This document shows, in pieces, positions 34,116 through 47,691 of a stretch of DNA of 64,000 bases. The translations under genes and the position numbers were made by a program. The stretch's first letter is position 1, and every line of letters begins with the position of its first letter. The stretch is taken from contig MU054323.1 in assembly GCA_013239625.1 (NCBI GenBank), positions 6,933,220 to 6,997,219 on the forward strand, given 5' to 3'. The notes below the pieces were generated by a model. It was not told the origin of the DNA. It saw only the letters and a list, made by a program, of their open reading frames with translations, and did not search any database. The DNA is from Lama guanicoe. Taxonomy: Eukaryota.

Positions 34116-37100
34116 AAGGAAGTTAATTCAGACATTAATTTTCTGGTACTCTTGGTAATGCTGTATCCCCTCTGACGGTTTCTGTGTTTCATCAGTGCTG
34201 CTGGTCTGTGCTCATCATGAGGACCCACCACCCCCAGCAGAAGCTTCCTGAAGAGTCTGTATGTGGGCACCAGCCTGAGCCCAGGAAGCACTCAACAAAG
34301 GGCCATGGAGTAAATAGTTTATTAGCAGGTTAAGTGTGTCTTGGTGCTGGTCATCAAGTCACCGGGTGCAGATTTCACAAGCTTCTTGGATGTCTGGTTC
34401 CAGCAACTAAAACCAGCTGTATTCTTGGGCCTGGGTAGCTATGATCACCTACACCATTTGTGGGGCAGGCAGGTAGTTTCAAAGTCCTCTGGGACGTCTC
34501 CTGCACCTTCTTCTGGACCATGATTGCCCACTGCCATCTGAGTGGTCAGTATCAGTATGACCTTGATCAGTATGATCAGGCCACTTATTAAACACCTGAT
34601 AATCTGAAAAGCTTCCAATTCATAATTTATGTTCAGTGGGTCAAAGCAAATCACAGATTGTTGGGTCTCGAAGCCAGTCTAGGTTGAGGTCCGGGAACCT
34701 CCAATAGCCCAGAGGCCACCATCCTGTGGAGGCCACGTGGCCTTAAAAACCCACCAGCCCCTAAGTTCATGGTGCAGGAAGTGGATGGACAAGGTCAGGC
34801 TGTACCTGTCCATCCTCACCCAGCAGTGCCACTCTGCCAAAGCCCAGATACAGCGGCCACCAGGCCAAGGGTCACTGGGCCAAGGGTCTCCGGGCTGATG
34901 GGGCCGGGGTCCTGGAGGGCAAGGGCAGAGCTGCGCAGAGAGGAGCCACGTGTCTGGACCCCACACCTGCCAGAGTCCACGGCTGAACCAGGGGCTCCAG
35001 ACAAAGCAGGCTGACTTGGGGCACAGGCCTGCCTCTGCCCTGCCCACAACCAGCCTGGGCTGTCACACGGCTGGGGACAAAGCTCTACACTCAGGGGTCT
35101 TCCTGCCCTCCCCGGACAGGCCCTCCCTGACCACCTCAGGAGGATGGATGAGGGGGACTCTGTAAAATGTCCAGTGCTGAGCCTGCGTCAGGAATTACTG
35201 TTGTCCTTCCCCATCAGGAATCTGCCTAAGAAAACCAAACCTGCAGGCAGACCGTCAGAGAGCAACACCAGCGGAAAAGCTTCAAGCCAGAGAATAAAGA
35301 GTATAATGGGATTCAGGTTCGGTTCATCCTTGGGATCGTCTACGCAGGATAGCATCCCTCTCTTTGAGCTGCAGGTATTTGAAAATAAAATCCACTTTTG
35401 CGCTCCACTTGTAGGTACAGACGATATGGAAAGTAAATTCAAGAGAAGCCCTGGCGACCTGCCAGGTCAGATAACTTCCCTGAGCCCCAGTTTCATCATC
35501 CATGAGCTAAGGGATGGACTCATCTCCAACACCCTTCAGTCCTGACACTGTCTTGGGCTGGGATTGGAGATAATCTGGTCCAGGGAGGCCAGGGGAAGGA
35601 GGCTGGCAAGAAGGACAGCAGGTTAGTTCCAGGTTGGCCAGAGCGCCCAGGTCACAGAAACCTTATCCCCTTCCTAACCTGCGCTCTCGGCTGCAGGGAT
35701 GTGGAGGCAAACAGCTGCACCTGGGCCGTGCCCTGGAGCCACGGGGGTCCTGCAGGTGCCATCCATGCCAGGGAATTCCCTTCTGTCTTCCAGGGAGTAA
35801 TCTGTTTCCAGACAACTCTCCCAACAGCCCCAGCCCGTGGGTCCCTCAGAGCTCCCCTAGTTCTCTAAACTTTCCTCACGCGCAGAATGGGCCCTCAGGG
35901 GCGCAGCTGCCCTGGCCCACTCCTCCTCTCTCTCACTCTGCCTCGGCTTCGAGGCCTGGAGGAGCTCAGCTGCCCCCCAGTGCCGGGCAGAAGAGGGCAA
36001 GAGGCTCAGCCAAGCCCGGCAGGTGGCCCCTCAGCCTCTAAGTCCAGGGCACAGACCCGAAGGGTGATGCTGCCAAGCCAAGGAGACCTCCAGCCAAGGA
36101 AGCTGGGGTGCACTCTGGGGAGGAAGGTTCGAGAGTGAGCCAGAGGAGCTGCCCTGCAACACAGTCCCCTGGGGTGATGGTGGCCGAGCTAGCTTAGGGG
36201 ACCGGCGGGCGGGCAAGGTTTGGGCAGCAGCTGGCACGTGGCCTCAGCTTCCTCACCTGTAACATCACGTCACATCACAACATGACGTCCTAGACACTGG
36301 CATGCACTTTGCCCACCTCATCTGGCTTCATCTTCACAAGGCAGGTGATGTGATTTTGATTTGACAGAAGGAACTGAGATTAAGCAAGGGCTCAAAACTA
36401 GAGGCTAAGGTTTCTTCCTGCACTCATCTCTTATTCTATGATGCAAAACCCTACCCTACAAGCACCCCTCGGCTTATTTACACATCTATAACTCATCTTT
36501 CCCCAGGAAGGATATTAGACATTTTATAAACTAAAATTAAAATTTCCGCCAAGATACCAGCCCTAAAGCACTTATTGTGAGCTGCTCACCTTTTTAATCT
36601 GAAACAAAGTAGAATGTCTGCAGATTTCTACAACTTCCATACATGTGGGGAGGTCATTAGCTCTAGTCTCTGACATTCCTCCATCTCCTGTTTCATATTT
36701 ATGAATGTAAATGTGTCTCACTTAGCAAAAGGGATGTGCTCTTCAAAACGTGTTTGAAAAAAAAGAGTTGAGCTCCCTCAGCAGTGAGCCACGCACAGCG
36801 CCGGCACCGAGGAATCAATGGGGACCAGGACACCATCCTTCAGCCCGGGAGCCCACCGCTGGCTGGAGAAGGCCCAGGTCCCGGGGAGGACACGGTGATG
36901 GGTAAGTGGGGGCTGTCATTTCTCTAACACATTAGTTAGTACTGCCTCTTGTTACAGTTTAAGAACTGCAGACCCAGGAAAATCTTTGGCTGCCAGGGAA
37001 AGCCTGAACCCTAGAGAGAAATCTGAAATGTGTCTCTCACGTGACTATGACAAATGGGCTTCTCCAAGCTGAGCCCTGAGCTCTGCTGGCCTGGGATTAA

Positions 37101-40100
37101 TTTTCTGGTGCTCCCACCCCGGGGAGGGGGGAAGAGGTTTTTTTTCAGAACTCATCTCTTCTTCCAGGGCTGCCTTCCTTGCACCCACTGCTGCACAAAT
37201 ATCTCCCCACCCCACCCCAGCCACCCTGGGCCCACCTGGCAGCCCCTCTTCCTCCCTGAGAGCCCTGCTCAGCCTCCCATCCCCCTTCCTCCCTTCTCCA
37301 CCCCTCCCCCATGCTCCTCGCACACGGTTCAGTCCCCTCTAATAGATGGGGCACTGCTGTCCTCCTCGCCCGTGTCCCCAGAGCCCACCCCAGGCCTCAT
37401 CTGGCACCGGGACTCAGGAACCAAGAGCTGTTGGGTTGGATGGACCAGGTAGTGAAGCCACGTCACAGACACACCACTCACCTGACCCCTTCAGCCTCTG
37501 GTCAGCAGACAAGAAGTCATCATAAAGCCAACCTCCCGGCCCCCAGGACCTCCCAGGGACCCAGCCTTCTAATTAACATCTCATCCGCTGCTCCCCACCC
37601 TTGCCAACCATCCTGAGAACAGAGAGGAACAAGGCTCGGTCACTCCCCCAGGACAGTACAGACCCCAGGACAGCAGATCAGGGGACAGTCTGGGAAATGT
37701 CCAGAGTATAATGCAGAGCACACAGGGTGAGAGAGAGGTGGGCATGTGTGGGGGTCGCAGTCACTCAGGGAGAGGTCAGACGGCTTTACACTCGCACCAG
37801 AGAGAGACGGGGTCTCAGAAATGCAAAGACGAGCTCTGATACCCCAGCCAGTGAGGGTGAGCGAGTGAGGCCGGAGGGCTTCTTCACTCTCTATCTGGAG
37901 AGCAGCGGCTTCTCTCCCCTGTTCTGAAAGCGAGCAGGAGCCCTGATGCACAGACCCTCACCCATCTCCTTGGTGTGGCCCTGGGCCAGCAGCAGCACCG
38001 CCACCTGGCCGCCCACACCAGTCGACTTCAGTCCCTGGGTGATGCCGCCGCACCCCCAAGGCTGAGAAGCCCTGCTCTGGGGTGCTGTCAAGGTCGCCCC
38101 TGTGTCTCCGTGGCCTCCTTTAGACTGGGCAGCAGTCTTCTCTCCAAAGAATGATTCTTTTTTCCTTTTAAACACAAGATTTTAAAAATAATGAATAAAA
38201 TGAATGAATCTCCCCAGTGGGTAAACATTCTGACTAACGCTGCCTCTAAGCCACGACAGCTGGATCCGTGTTTATGATACCCCAGCTCAGAAACGCGACC
38301 GTGAGAAAATTCCTTTACAAAATCATCCCTCTTGGAAATCTGATGAGTCACCGTCTCCTGCCCACAGGGACAGGCTCTAAGCAGGGCTCTAAAATGGAAG
38401 TCACCCCATCAGAGGCAGGCTGATGGCTCAGTGCCTAGGCTGCCCTCACCCTCGAAGCTCATGCTGGCCTGCAGATTCCAGAACATCCCCAAACTGGGGA
38501 GAAGAGACCAAGGGAGAGGCAGCAGCTCTGAGGTGTCAACGTCCTCATCGGCTGCCCTTGGGGAACTTGTGATGCTCTGCTGCTGGGGAAAGGCCCCTGT
38601 TCATTAAAACAACCTTAGATGTTTTGGAAAAAACTCTGAGGAGCTGGAGGGCAGGAAGGAGCAGGGGAGGAGGCACCTCTGCAGGCAACCAGCCTCCCCA
38701 ACCTAAGGAAACCACACAGTGCCTGGGGGTCCCCACCTGTGCAGCCACGCTCACTGCAGACCCTTGGAGGGGCCTAGTGCTGGATGAATGCCTGGCAGGA
38801 AGAGTCACAGAGACCTCGCCCACCACCACCAGGCTGTGTGGCCTGGAGCAAGTCACTTACCCTCTCAGAGACTTGGCTTCCTCACCCTCACCATAACCCT
38901 GAAGGCTGTTCCGGTAAGATTAAGAGAGATTCTACGCAACACCACCTAACAGAGGGCTTGGCACAAAAGATGTTCTTCATGACTTTTTTTCCCTTCTTTT
39001 CTTCCATAGAGGAGAAGGAAAATTAGTAGCTAATACTAATACTGTAATGAAGCTTTACAAGAGACTGCACCTTCATTATCTTATTTGTTTGTCACAAGAG
39101 GCAAAGTTTTCTTACTCTCATTTTGCAGAAGAGGAGCCTTGAAGCTCAGAGAAAGTATATTACGAGCCCCTGCTCTGCCAGAGATGCTGAAATTGGTGCC
39201 CAGGTCTCCTTCCTCTTTGTCCTCTAAAACATAAGCACAGAGTTTAAATTTCAAGACATTAAAACAAACAAACAAAAACACAATCTCTGTCCTGGCCCAG
39301 GGACTGAGTATCAGAAGCCAGCCTAACCAGGCATGTGTGGCCTTGGAGCAGGTCCACCGCTGCTTTCTTGCACCATCCAAACCCAAACCCAAGGTTCCTA
39401 TCCCTGCATTACTGTCTCCTTTGCTGAGTTGTAATGAAGGTCAGAAGAGGCTGGGTGAAGTCCAAGGTGCTGGGGGTCCCCAGGGAGCACAGTGAGGACC
39501 TGGAGCATCTGCGTGGGTGAGGTCTGCAGACCGTGGGGTGACACTCTGCGTTGCCCCAGAGCAAACACTAGCATCACTGTGCCAAGAGGCAATTGGGGTC
39601 TCCAGTAAATACAACCCTTCTCAACACAATGCAAGGTGCAAGCCTCGGGGCTCTGTGCCTCGCCCTTCCAAGCGGGGCATTTGTCAAGTTTCCACCGTAG
39701 GCCTCAAAACAAAAGGACCTCCAGAAGCTTCCTGCATGTTTAATAGTTAGGACATGCCTCTGCTAAAATATATTCAATGTTTACGCTTTTCCAAAACAAA
39801 GACGACTTCCAGGATAGCCATGCAGCCATCATGGCATGTTACACAAGGTCCTTCACGACCTCCTGGATGGAGCTTCTGTAGTTGTGCACTGCACAACCCT
39901 AGGGGCACCACTCCACAGACTCAGATGGGATGGCTCCCCCAGAGACGTGGGACAGGGAAGCCCTGTCAGTTGGGCTCCAGTGTCACCCTTGTATCTTACA
40001 TCTGGCCGCTGCCCACCAGGCTCCCTTCACTTCAGCCACATCGGGCATCTCTCCAATCCTCTAACAAGATGTGCTATTTCAAGGCTCTACAGTTCTAACC

Positions 40101-40269
40101 AGAACATCCTGCCCCAACCCCACCTCACCCAGTGGAGGACCACGTATTGTAATGATGCCCTGACTTAACCAGGTCAAGCATGCAGCACACACCTGGCCCT
40201 TCAGAAACTGTTAGCTGTTGTTACTATTTCAAGATTATCTCCAACACCCCTCTCTGATTCCCTAAACAG

Positions 40270-40420
40270 AACCATCCATCCATTTACCAAGTCACAGATT
40301 TAGTGAATGCCCACCGTGTGCCAGGCATGTGCTTGGCATTCAGCAGTGACTAAGGCAGAAAAAGTCCCTGCAGTCATGGGCTGACATTCTGGTAACAATA
40401 GATAAATAAGAAATAAGTAA
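40270..40420 (-). mobile_element. L2 3' end
   Basis: catccatccatttaccaag...gaatgcccaccgtgtgccaggcatgtgct...aagtccctgc...ctgacattct. Confidence 0.75.
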
Positions 40421-40423
40421 TTC

Positions 40424-40509
40424 AACATCCTACAGTGCACAGGGCAATCCCCACAACAAAGAGTTGTCGGGCCCCAAACGTCAACAGATCCGAGGGTGAG
40501 AAACCCTGG
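40424..40509 (+). mobile_element. MER20 (hAT-Charlie) 3' half
   Basis: aacatcctacagtgcacagggcaatccccacaacaaagagttgtcgggccccaaacgtcaacag...gagaaaccctg. Confidence 0.85.
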
Positions 40510-40844
40510 CCCAGGGCAATACCTTCTTCCTTATTTATTCCTGAGTCTTCACATGAAACTTTCCTAAGCTTTTTTATTGAAGAACAAGGAATTCTGCAGA
40601 CAAAGGTGGAACTGGAAGATTTATTCTTATATCAATTGTAGACCTTGTGGGCTAAGAGGGAAATGTTACTGATACTTGTTGAACCTAAGGACACAGGAGC
40701 TTGATAAACATGTCGACATGGGAGGAAGCCCCAAATCACAGGGGTAGAGATGATGAAGACCAGAGAACGCCACCTGGTCTGTCTTCCTGGAGGAGGAGAT
40801 GCAGGAATAAACATCTCACAGTGGGCATTTTCTACCGACCAAGG

Positions 40845-41001
40845 GATGAGTCGCTTAAAGTCTGTGGATCAGGTTAGGGGAAGTCAGTGAATCCCTAAAA
40901 TTAGGGGGAAAGTTGTGTTTTTGCCCTTTTCTGGGAGCAAAGTCCACTGCTTCCACCAGATTCTCTAAAGGGTCTGTTAGCCCGGATGATCGAGAACCAC
41001 A
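40845..41001 (+). mobile_element. MER103C-like hAT element
   Basis: ttttctgggagcaaagtccactgcttccaccagattctctaaagggtctg...gagaaccac. Confidence 0.65.
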
Positions 41002-41197
41002 AAGCTAATCAACCCAACCTCCAACCCCGTCTCCTCTTACAGCTTCACGGCAGACAGAAGACATCAGGTCACGGCACTTTGTCTCCTCGTACGGATGTGA
41101 CCCCATCAGTCACCTTGGTCTTTTTCTGCAGGCCAAATAATTCCCATTCCACTTGAAGGAGTCAATTTTAAAAGGTTTAATCATGTAAATGCTTCAG

Positions 41198-41252
41198 GGT
41201 TTTTTTTCCTACTTTATTTTTTTTTTAATGGAGGTACCAGGGATTGAACCCT
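41198..41252 (-). mobile_element. Short 5'-truncated Vic-1-type SINE end
   Basis: T-rich tail followed by aatggaggtaccagggattgaacc (reverse B box). Confidence 0.65.
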
Positions 41253-42189
41253 CCCTGCCAGTCCCTGAGACTTTTTTTTTTTAACTCAACCCTCCTAAGT
41301 TCTCACTGAGTGGTGGACCCCATGCTGAGTCCTAGAGAATCAAAAAGGACCTCAAGAGCTCAAATTTACCAGGGATAAAGGAGCTACGGGAATCAGAGGA
41401 AGCACAGATTGATTCTGAGGGAGAAGAGGACAGGTCCCCAGAAGGGAGCAAACCTTGGGCTGGATGCACTCAACTGTGGGTTTTCACACATAGTGACCAC
41501 ACTCACAATCATTTTACATACATTTTAATATATGGATGCTGGATGGCAAAGGAAATATACACCAATTTCCAACCGAGGGCCAATGTTAAATGAAGGAAAG
41601 GCGAAAAGTAATAACCTATACGCTTATGGGAGCGAAAGGGTTCCTGCCTCATGCTGCCTGCTCTGGTGTCTCACCTCTAAGCATCCGACTTGCATTTAGT
41701 GCAGAGATCCTGACTTTCTGCAATTGTCTTTGAACTTGAGAACAAATGTACCAGCCCAGAGGAACACATCATCTGGAGACAGAAGACTTTTTAGAATTCC
41801 AACAATAAGATCGTCACACAAACCGAGCATGTGAAAATGAGAAAGGGATCCCCCATTTTCAAAAAAACACTGACATCCCTGAGAACAAACACAGCAAACC
41901 CTTGGGAGTCCAAGGACTCCCTACCACTCAGTTCATGATGACTCAGATCTTGCGAGTAAAACTTTCTGCAGACTCTCAGCTGCAGAAACCAGCGTCACTC
42001 TCCTCTCCTGCATCACAGCTTTCTCCTTGGGGATTCGATTCCCTCTCTTGTCTCCCTTAGTGCTTCTCAGGGATTACTCAGCAGCCCTCTTTCCTGCAGC
42101 CTCTCCGAGCCTGCCTGGAGACATCCGGATGTGTTTTTTCAGCCACTGGTTCTGACTCGACCCTTCAATGCTTATTCCTCAGTTGCTAC

Positions 42190-42335
42190 TTCTCTAGTTT
42201 CTGAGCCAGGTGCACTGGCATCCGGAGGGGAACTGGTTAAGAATGCAGATTCCTGGGTCCCACCCTGCCTGCTGAGACCCAGGAATCTACATTTCCCACT
42301 CCCTCAGGTGATTCTCTTTTATTCAATCACTGTCT
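42190..42335 (+). mobile_element. MER5A-like hAT element
   Basis: gttaagaatgcagattcctgggtcccaccc...cccaggaatctacattt...ctcaggtgattct. Confidence 0.75.
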
Positions 42336-42938
42336 TAGGTGATGTAATAAATATCAAAACAATACAAGATCCTCCAAACTTCCTGGTTCTTTAAACCAAA
42401 CTATAAACATGTGACTGCTCTATGTCATCTCTAAGCTTCTTGCCTATTTCCCTTCTGTCCACTGACTCTCTTTCCTTTTCTAATAATCTTCTGATCCTTG
42501 GTGCACCCTCACCCTGTGTTACCACACTTCCTCATCATCTTATCCTGTCTGACCAGCATCCCCTCCATTCAAAGCCATATCCATCAGTTAACGCTGTTTC
42601 ATTTGTCCTGCATTTAGTTCAGTTCCCTGGTTTTGAATTCAGATTTTAAGTCACTTTCCAAGTTTCCTTCTCATTGTCTCAATCCTTTCACCCAGTGTCC
42701 CCCATCTCCCAGCTCTTGGCAAAGGTGGCACATACTCACAATCAGAGCCTGGTCTGGGAGGAACCTGCCGGCCATGGCCCAGTCCTCCCCATGGACTGCC
42801 TTCGTCCCATGACACATGAAGACTTTCAAATTCCAAATTCGAATTTGAAGACCCGGCAAACTATCACCACTCCTAAATTTCTTCGGCCGCAACTGTCTTG
42901 AATTACTGTCACCTGAGTGTGCTGCCCTCATCCTCCAT

Positions 42939-43166
42939 CAGTGGTTCCCAACCCTGGAAGCACCTTAGAATCACCCGAGGGCTATGCCGCAGCAGCTCCC
43001 CAAAACAGTGAAACCAGAGGCCCAGACACTGGCATTGTTACAAAGCTCCCAACGACTCCGTGTATGTATAGCTGGGGTCAGTGGGAACACCCATGCTTGT
43101 CACAGCCAACCCCAACCAGCCCCGAGGGGAAGGTCCCATTTCTGCAGCCAAGGGTTGGGACCACAG
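42939..43166 (+). mobile_element. MER5-like hAT element
   Basis: cagtggttcccaaccctgg...ttagaatcacc...gcagccaagggttgggaccacag (terminal inverted repeats). Confidence 0.65.
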
Positions 43167-43399
43167 CTCACCCGACTGTGCACCTCAGGTAACTGGCACA
43201 CAGCTCGCAGCCCCGAGCAGTCCTCAGTGAACCTCTGCTGACCATCTGAGCCAGCGCCAGCCTGCGCTCCCTGTCACTGGGCACCCCCCCCCAGGGGTCA
43301 TTCATCCTGTCTGGTCCTCTGAGTCTTCTTGTCCTCTTCTTTCTTCCTCCTACCATCACCTGGCCCGAACCCTCACCTCTCTCAGGGCTGGATACAGAC

Positions 43400-43992
43400 T
43401 CGCTTCCCTGGACCCTCTGTGCTCCTGCTAATCCACCTCCTGGTATCACATTAATCTTCCAAAATTAGCTTTTTGCAAATTCCACCTTCTGCTCAAAACA
43501 CCTCAACAAGCTGCCATTTTTCCAAAAGGTAAAGTTCAAAACCCTCATTCTGGCGCTCAAGGTCCTGCACACTCTGCCCCATAACCTTTTCTAAATACCT
43601 TCCACAGTCCCCTGATATAAGTCATCTGCTTTAGCCACACTAATGTCCCCAATGTTGTCACCAGCAGGCACTTCTGACCTCAGCATATGTCACAGCCCGC
43701 ATTCCGAGCGCCCTCAAACTTTTCCACTAAATTAGGTGGGGAGGAAGCCCGCCTCTTCCCTTGCTGGGGTATGTGGATTCCACATTCTGTTGCATAAAAA
43801 TCCGTTTGTATTACTATTTTTAAATGTCTTAAAATGTTTGCCTTTGAGTAAAACAGACGTGTCTGTTATATTATACGCTCCACAAGGGCAGGGACAAAAT
43901 CTGTTCCAATCACCACTGTGTCCCAAGCACTGGACAAACACCTGGCAAATAAGAGGCGCTCAACTACTACTGGGTGAAGGAATGAATAAATG
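43400..43992 (+). mobile_element. L2 3' portion, followed by a purine-rich tail
   Basis: ctgctcaaaacacctcaa...taaagttcaaaaccctca...gctccacaagggcagggac...aggcgctcaa...gaatgaataaat. Confidence 0.75.
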
Positions 43993-45739
43993 GGGGAAGG
44001 AAGGAGAGGAGGGAGGTGGGTAAGAGGGAGGGAGGGAATGAAGGGAGAAAAAGAAGGAGGTGTGGACAGACTGAGAAAGGATGGAAACGCTGATGTCATA
44101 GTTATCCTGGGGCTTCAAGTCCATCAGGCAAACACCCCTGGATCCCACAATGGGAGAGGCACGCCAACCCCAAACCATCGCCTACCACCTTCCACCCTTC
44201 TCACCAAACCCTGTCTCCTCCGCAGAGCCTTCCTTGACACCCCACTCCTGAGTGATCATACTCTTGTGTTTCTCCTCTAGTTTCTTGAAGAAAAAACAAG
44301 TGCAAGATAAATCATTGAGAAAAAAAAGTTTAAATACACAGCACCTTCTGATCTCATTTTCAGAGCAGAAATGAAATCAAAAGAGCAGGACCAGAAACAC
44401 CAAAATGTCAACAGTGGTTATTGTCACGTAGGGGAGGGGGGATTTCGGATTTCTGTTTTCTTCTTTTTGTCTCATCATCTTTCTGCAGTGAAGCCCTTTG
44501 TGTAGAGGCAAGAAAAGACAATGAACACTATTTGAAAATTCTATTGCTCCTTCTGCTCACTTGGAACACCCTAACCACCTGCAGACCCAGGGACCCTTAG
44601 AAACAGATTCCTCTTCAGGGAAGCTCCCTCCTTGCACTTGAAAGGCCCTCAGTAAACACCGCATGGTGGGCAGCCCCACCCCAGAGTCTCAATATCTTGT
44701 CCACGAGTCCACTGAGAACCTTCCCTGTGCACCTGTTTCTACAGGACACGCCTCACCTCCCACCAGATCTCCCAAAGGGCCAGCTGGGAAGATAAACCTT
44801 CCAAAGGCCTTCCAACCAGATCTGGACACAGCATCCAACGGCCTCGTCCTCTGCCCTCTTGCTCTGCTCAGTGAACTGCAGGAATTCAGAACCACAGGAT
44901 CACAGCCACCAGGAGTGAAGGGAGACGCCCCCTCCTCACCCCCTCATCCATGCTGCCAAGCCAATCCTTGGTCACTCATCATGCAGAATCAACACATATG
45001 AAGGATGCATGCTCTTCATAAACTGGAGCTGGTTCAGGTTCTCCCCATAGAGTCATCATCTCCTTGTGCTAGGAAGACGGGAGGACCAGTCCAGCTGGCA
45101 AAGTGACTGCAGTCAATCCTGAGTGGTTCCCTGCCAGCCTCCAGTCACTGGGGCTCTGCGGAGTAATTGCTGCTGGCATAAAGGGCCTCTTACGGTTGAT
45201 CTGACAGCTGTTTACAAACAATGCCACATGGCTCACTTGGTCTACCTATTCCTTTGCCCCTGATTTTCTTCCTCTTCCTCTCAAATACTTGGTCCACTGG
45301 TGAGAACCACTGTCCATCCCTTCCCTCAGGGTCCGGACATCCGCCAGCAGGGACTGTCTCACCGGGGAACACACATACACTAGGCTTCCAAGAGAGTCTA
45401 AGACCACGCCCTGGCTTCCTGAGAAGTTCCCGACTTTTAAAATATTTCCCTTTGGTTTTTGCCTCATTTTCCCACTTACCGGCCTTACACTTTTGACACA
45501 CAAGACACGAGATCTTCTCCCCGCCTGAGTGTAGGACTGAAGCCCAGCACCAGCATGACCAGCGGTTGGCCTACAAGGGCACCTGGGTCCCAGCTCATGC
45601 CTGGTGCCACACTTCCTGTGGCATCCTTCCTCCACGGGCCCCAGAGGACCATCTGTCCCAGCCCAACCCCTCTCCGCCAAATATATGCAAACACCCCACC
45701 TCTCAGTAAGGAAAACACCTGGGGACAGTAAAACACAGC

Positions 45740-45945
45740 AGTTAGAAACTGGGCTTGAATTCCAACTACTACCGCTGGCTGTGGCCTCGGCAGGTCACCG
45801 CTGCTCTAGGCTTGCTCTCTTCTGTGAAATGAGGAAAAAATGGTTCCGACCTCGGGGTGGGTTTGAGAACTCGTGAGGACTGTGCGTGTAAAGCGCCTGG
45901 CACAGCGCCGTGCAGGGTGCATGGCAAGTGTCAGTAAGTGTCTGC
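45740..45945 (+). mobile_element. MIR SINE
   Basis: ctgggcttgaattccaact...ctgtgaaatgagg...gtgtaaagcgcctggcacag. Confidence 0.7.
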
Positions 45946-47691
45946 AACCACGACTAGGAGTGTGATGAATTCCCAGTATTACTACCGAACTTTATTCCCA
46001 ATGGGGAATGTGTGTGTTATTCCTCATCTCTTTTAATACGTCTTGTCATTACCTGGGAAGTGGGTCTAATGGCTCCCAAACCTGTTCCATGGCTCCACCC
46101 TCAGACATTCTGCTTTACTGTATTTTGAGGAGGGCCAGGAATCTGCACTGGGGATTCCAGGCCACCAGGAACCGCTGGACTGAAGTAGAAACTTATTGCT
46201 GCATTTTATTATTTAAATGTGACTCTGTGTCCCTCGGCCTTGTCCTGTAAGGTTCATGCTGATGTGAAGTCAGGTTCCTTCTCCACACAGCTCTCAACAG
46301 TGTTCTTCCTCAGTCCTCCCCACCTGCCTGTCAGCGCTCCCAGGGTCCCCCGTGTGCTGACTGGGCTGCAAGGCTGGCAGTGCAGCTCCACCCCAGGACC
46401 CCGCTCCCAGCAGAAGGGCTTAGTCCCTCTCCTGTGCCTCTGCCCAATTCTTACTGGGAAGCCCCTTGTGGCAAGGCCAGTGGCTGCTGGAGCCAACTGC
46501 CCGTACCGTACTTATCAAGGACTTCCCCCCAGCAAAGTGCCACCTGGTGCCTAGGGACACCGATAAACCTCTAGTCACTTGTCCCCAAGTCCTCCTCCAG
46601 CCCCTACAACGGGAGGCCGTGTGACACCAAGAAAAGAGCACTGGCTTTGGAGGCAGACAAGTTTCTATTTTATCATTCCTTAGCAAGTCCCTAAATCCTC
46701 CCTCTTCAGCTTCAGCATGTGGAAAACAAGGCTGACAGCTTCAACTTACCTCCATTTATTAAATCTTGCCCAATCCAAGAAAATCACAGTGATTTTCTCC
46801 TGTGCTTTATTCCAGAAGTTTTATAGTTTAAATCTTACTATGATCCATTTCAAGTTAATTTTTCAAGTTAATATGTGGGGTGAGATACCAATTACGACTT
46901 TTTCCCCATATAGATATCTGATTATTCCAGCATCATTTGTTGAAAGATTATCCTTTTTCCACTGAATTTCCTTGGCACCTTTGTTGAACATTATTTGATC
47001 ACAGATGTGTGTGTTAATTCCTGGACTTAATTCAAATTCACTGATCTAAGTATCTGTCCTTATGCTAATTCTACAGTCTTGATTACTGTAACTTTACATC
47101 TCATAATCAAGTGGTGTAACACCTCACATTTTAAAAAGTTAGTTTTTCTAATTTATGTGTCCATAAAAATTTTATAATCATCTTTTCAATTTCTACAAAA
47201 AAGACTGACGGGATTTTTGATTTGGATTGAACTGACTCTATACCAATCTTAACAATATTAATTATTATCTGTGATCTCTCCAATAATTTAGGTCTTCTTT
47301 TTTTTCAGTGATGTGTTATAGTTTTTACATCTTGCAGATATTTTGTCAAATTTAGCTCTAAGTATTTCATGGTTTTGGATGATACTTTAAGTGGATTTTA
47401 TTTTTCAATTTCCAGTTGTTTGTTGCTAGTATATAAAAATACAATAGATCTTTTAATATTAATCATATAACTTTCAAACTTGTTAAACTCACTTCTAGCA
47501 GCTTTTTTGTGGATTCCTTAGGATTTTTCACATAGATGATCACATCAACTGAAAATACAGTTTCATTTCTTTCCTATTTGTATGACTTTTTTTTTTTCTT
47601 GCTTTATTGCGATGGCTAGGACAGCTGATACAAAGGTGAAAGAAGTACTGAGAATGAATTTCGTTGACTGCCTTGTTCCTGATTTTAGGGA

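Noticed and set aside
36380..36760. AT-rich unique-looking block considered as a snoRNA/miRNA or conserved element
   Set aside because: I could identify no convincing C/D or H/ACA boxes and no long hairpin.
39477..39486. Isolated perfect EBF palindrome TCCCCAGGGA, and CTCF-like matches near 36016 and 37997
   Set aside because: Such GC-rich motifs are expected by chance at this base composition, and there is no supporting cluster.
43990..44062. Purine-rich tract as a triplex (H-DNA) element
   Set aside because: Interrupted, without clear mirror symmetry, and best explained as a decayed expansion of the adjacent L2 tail.
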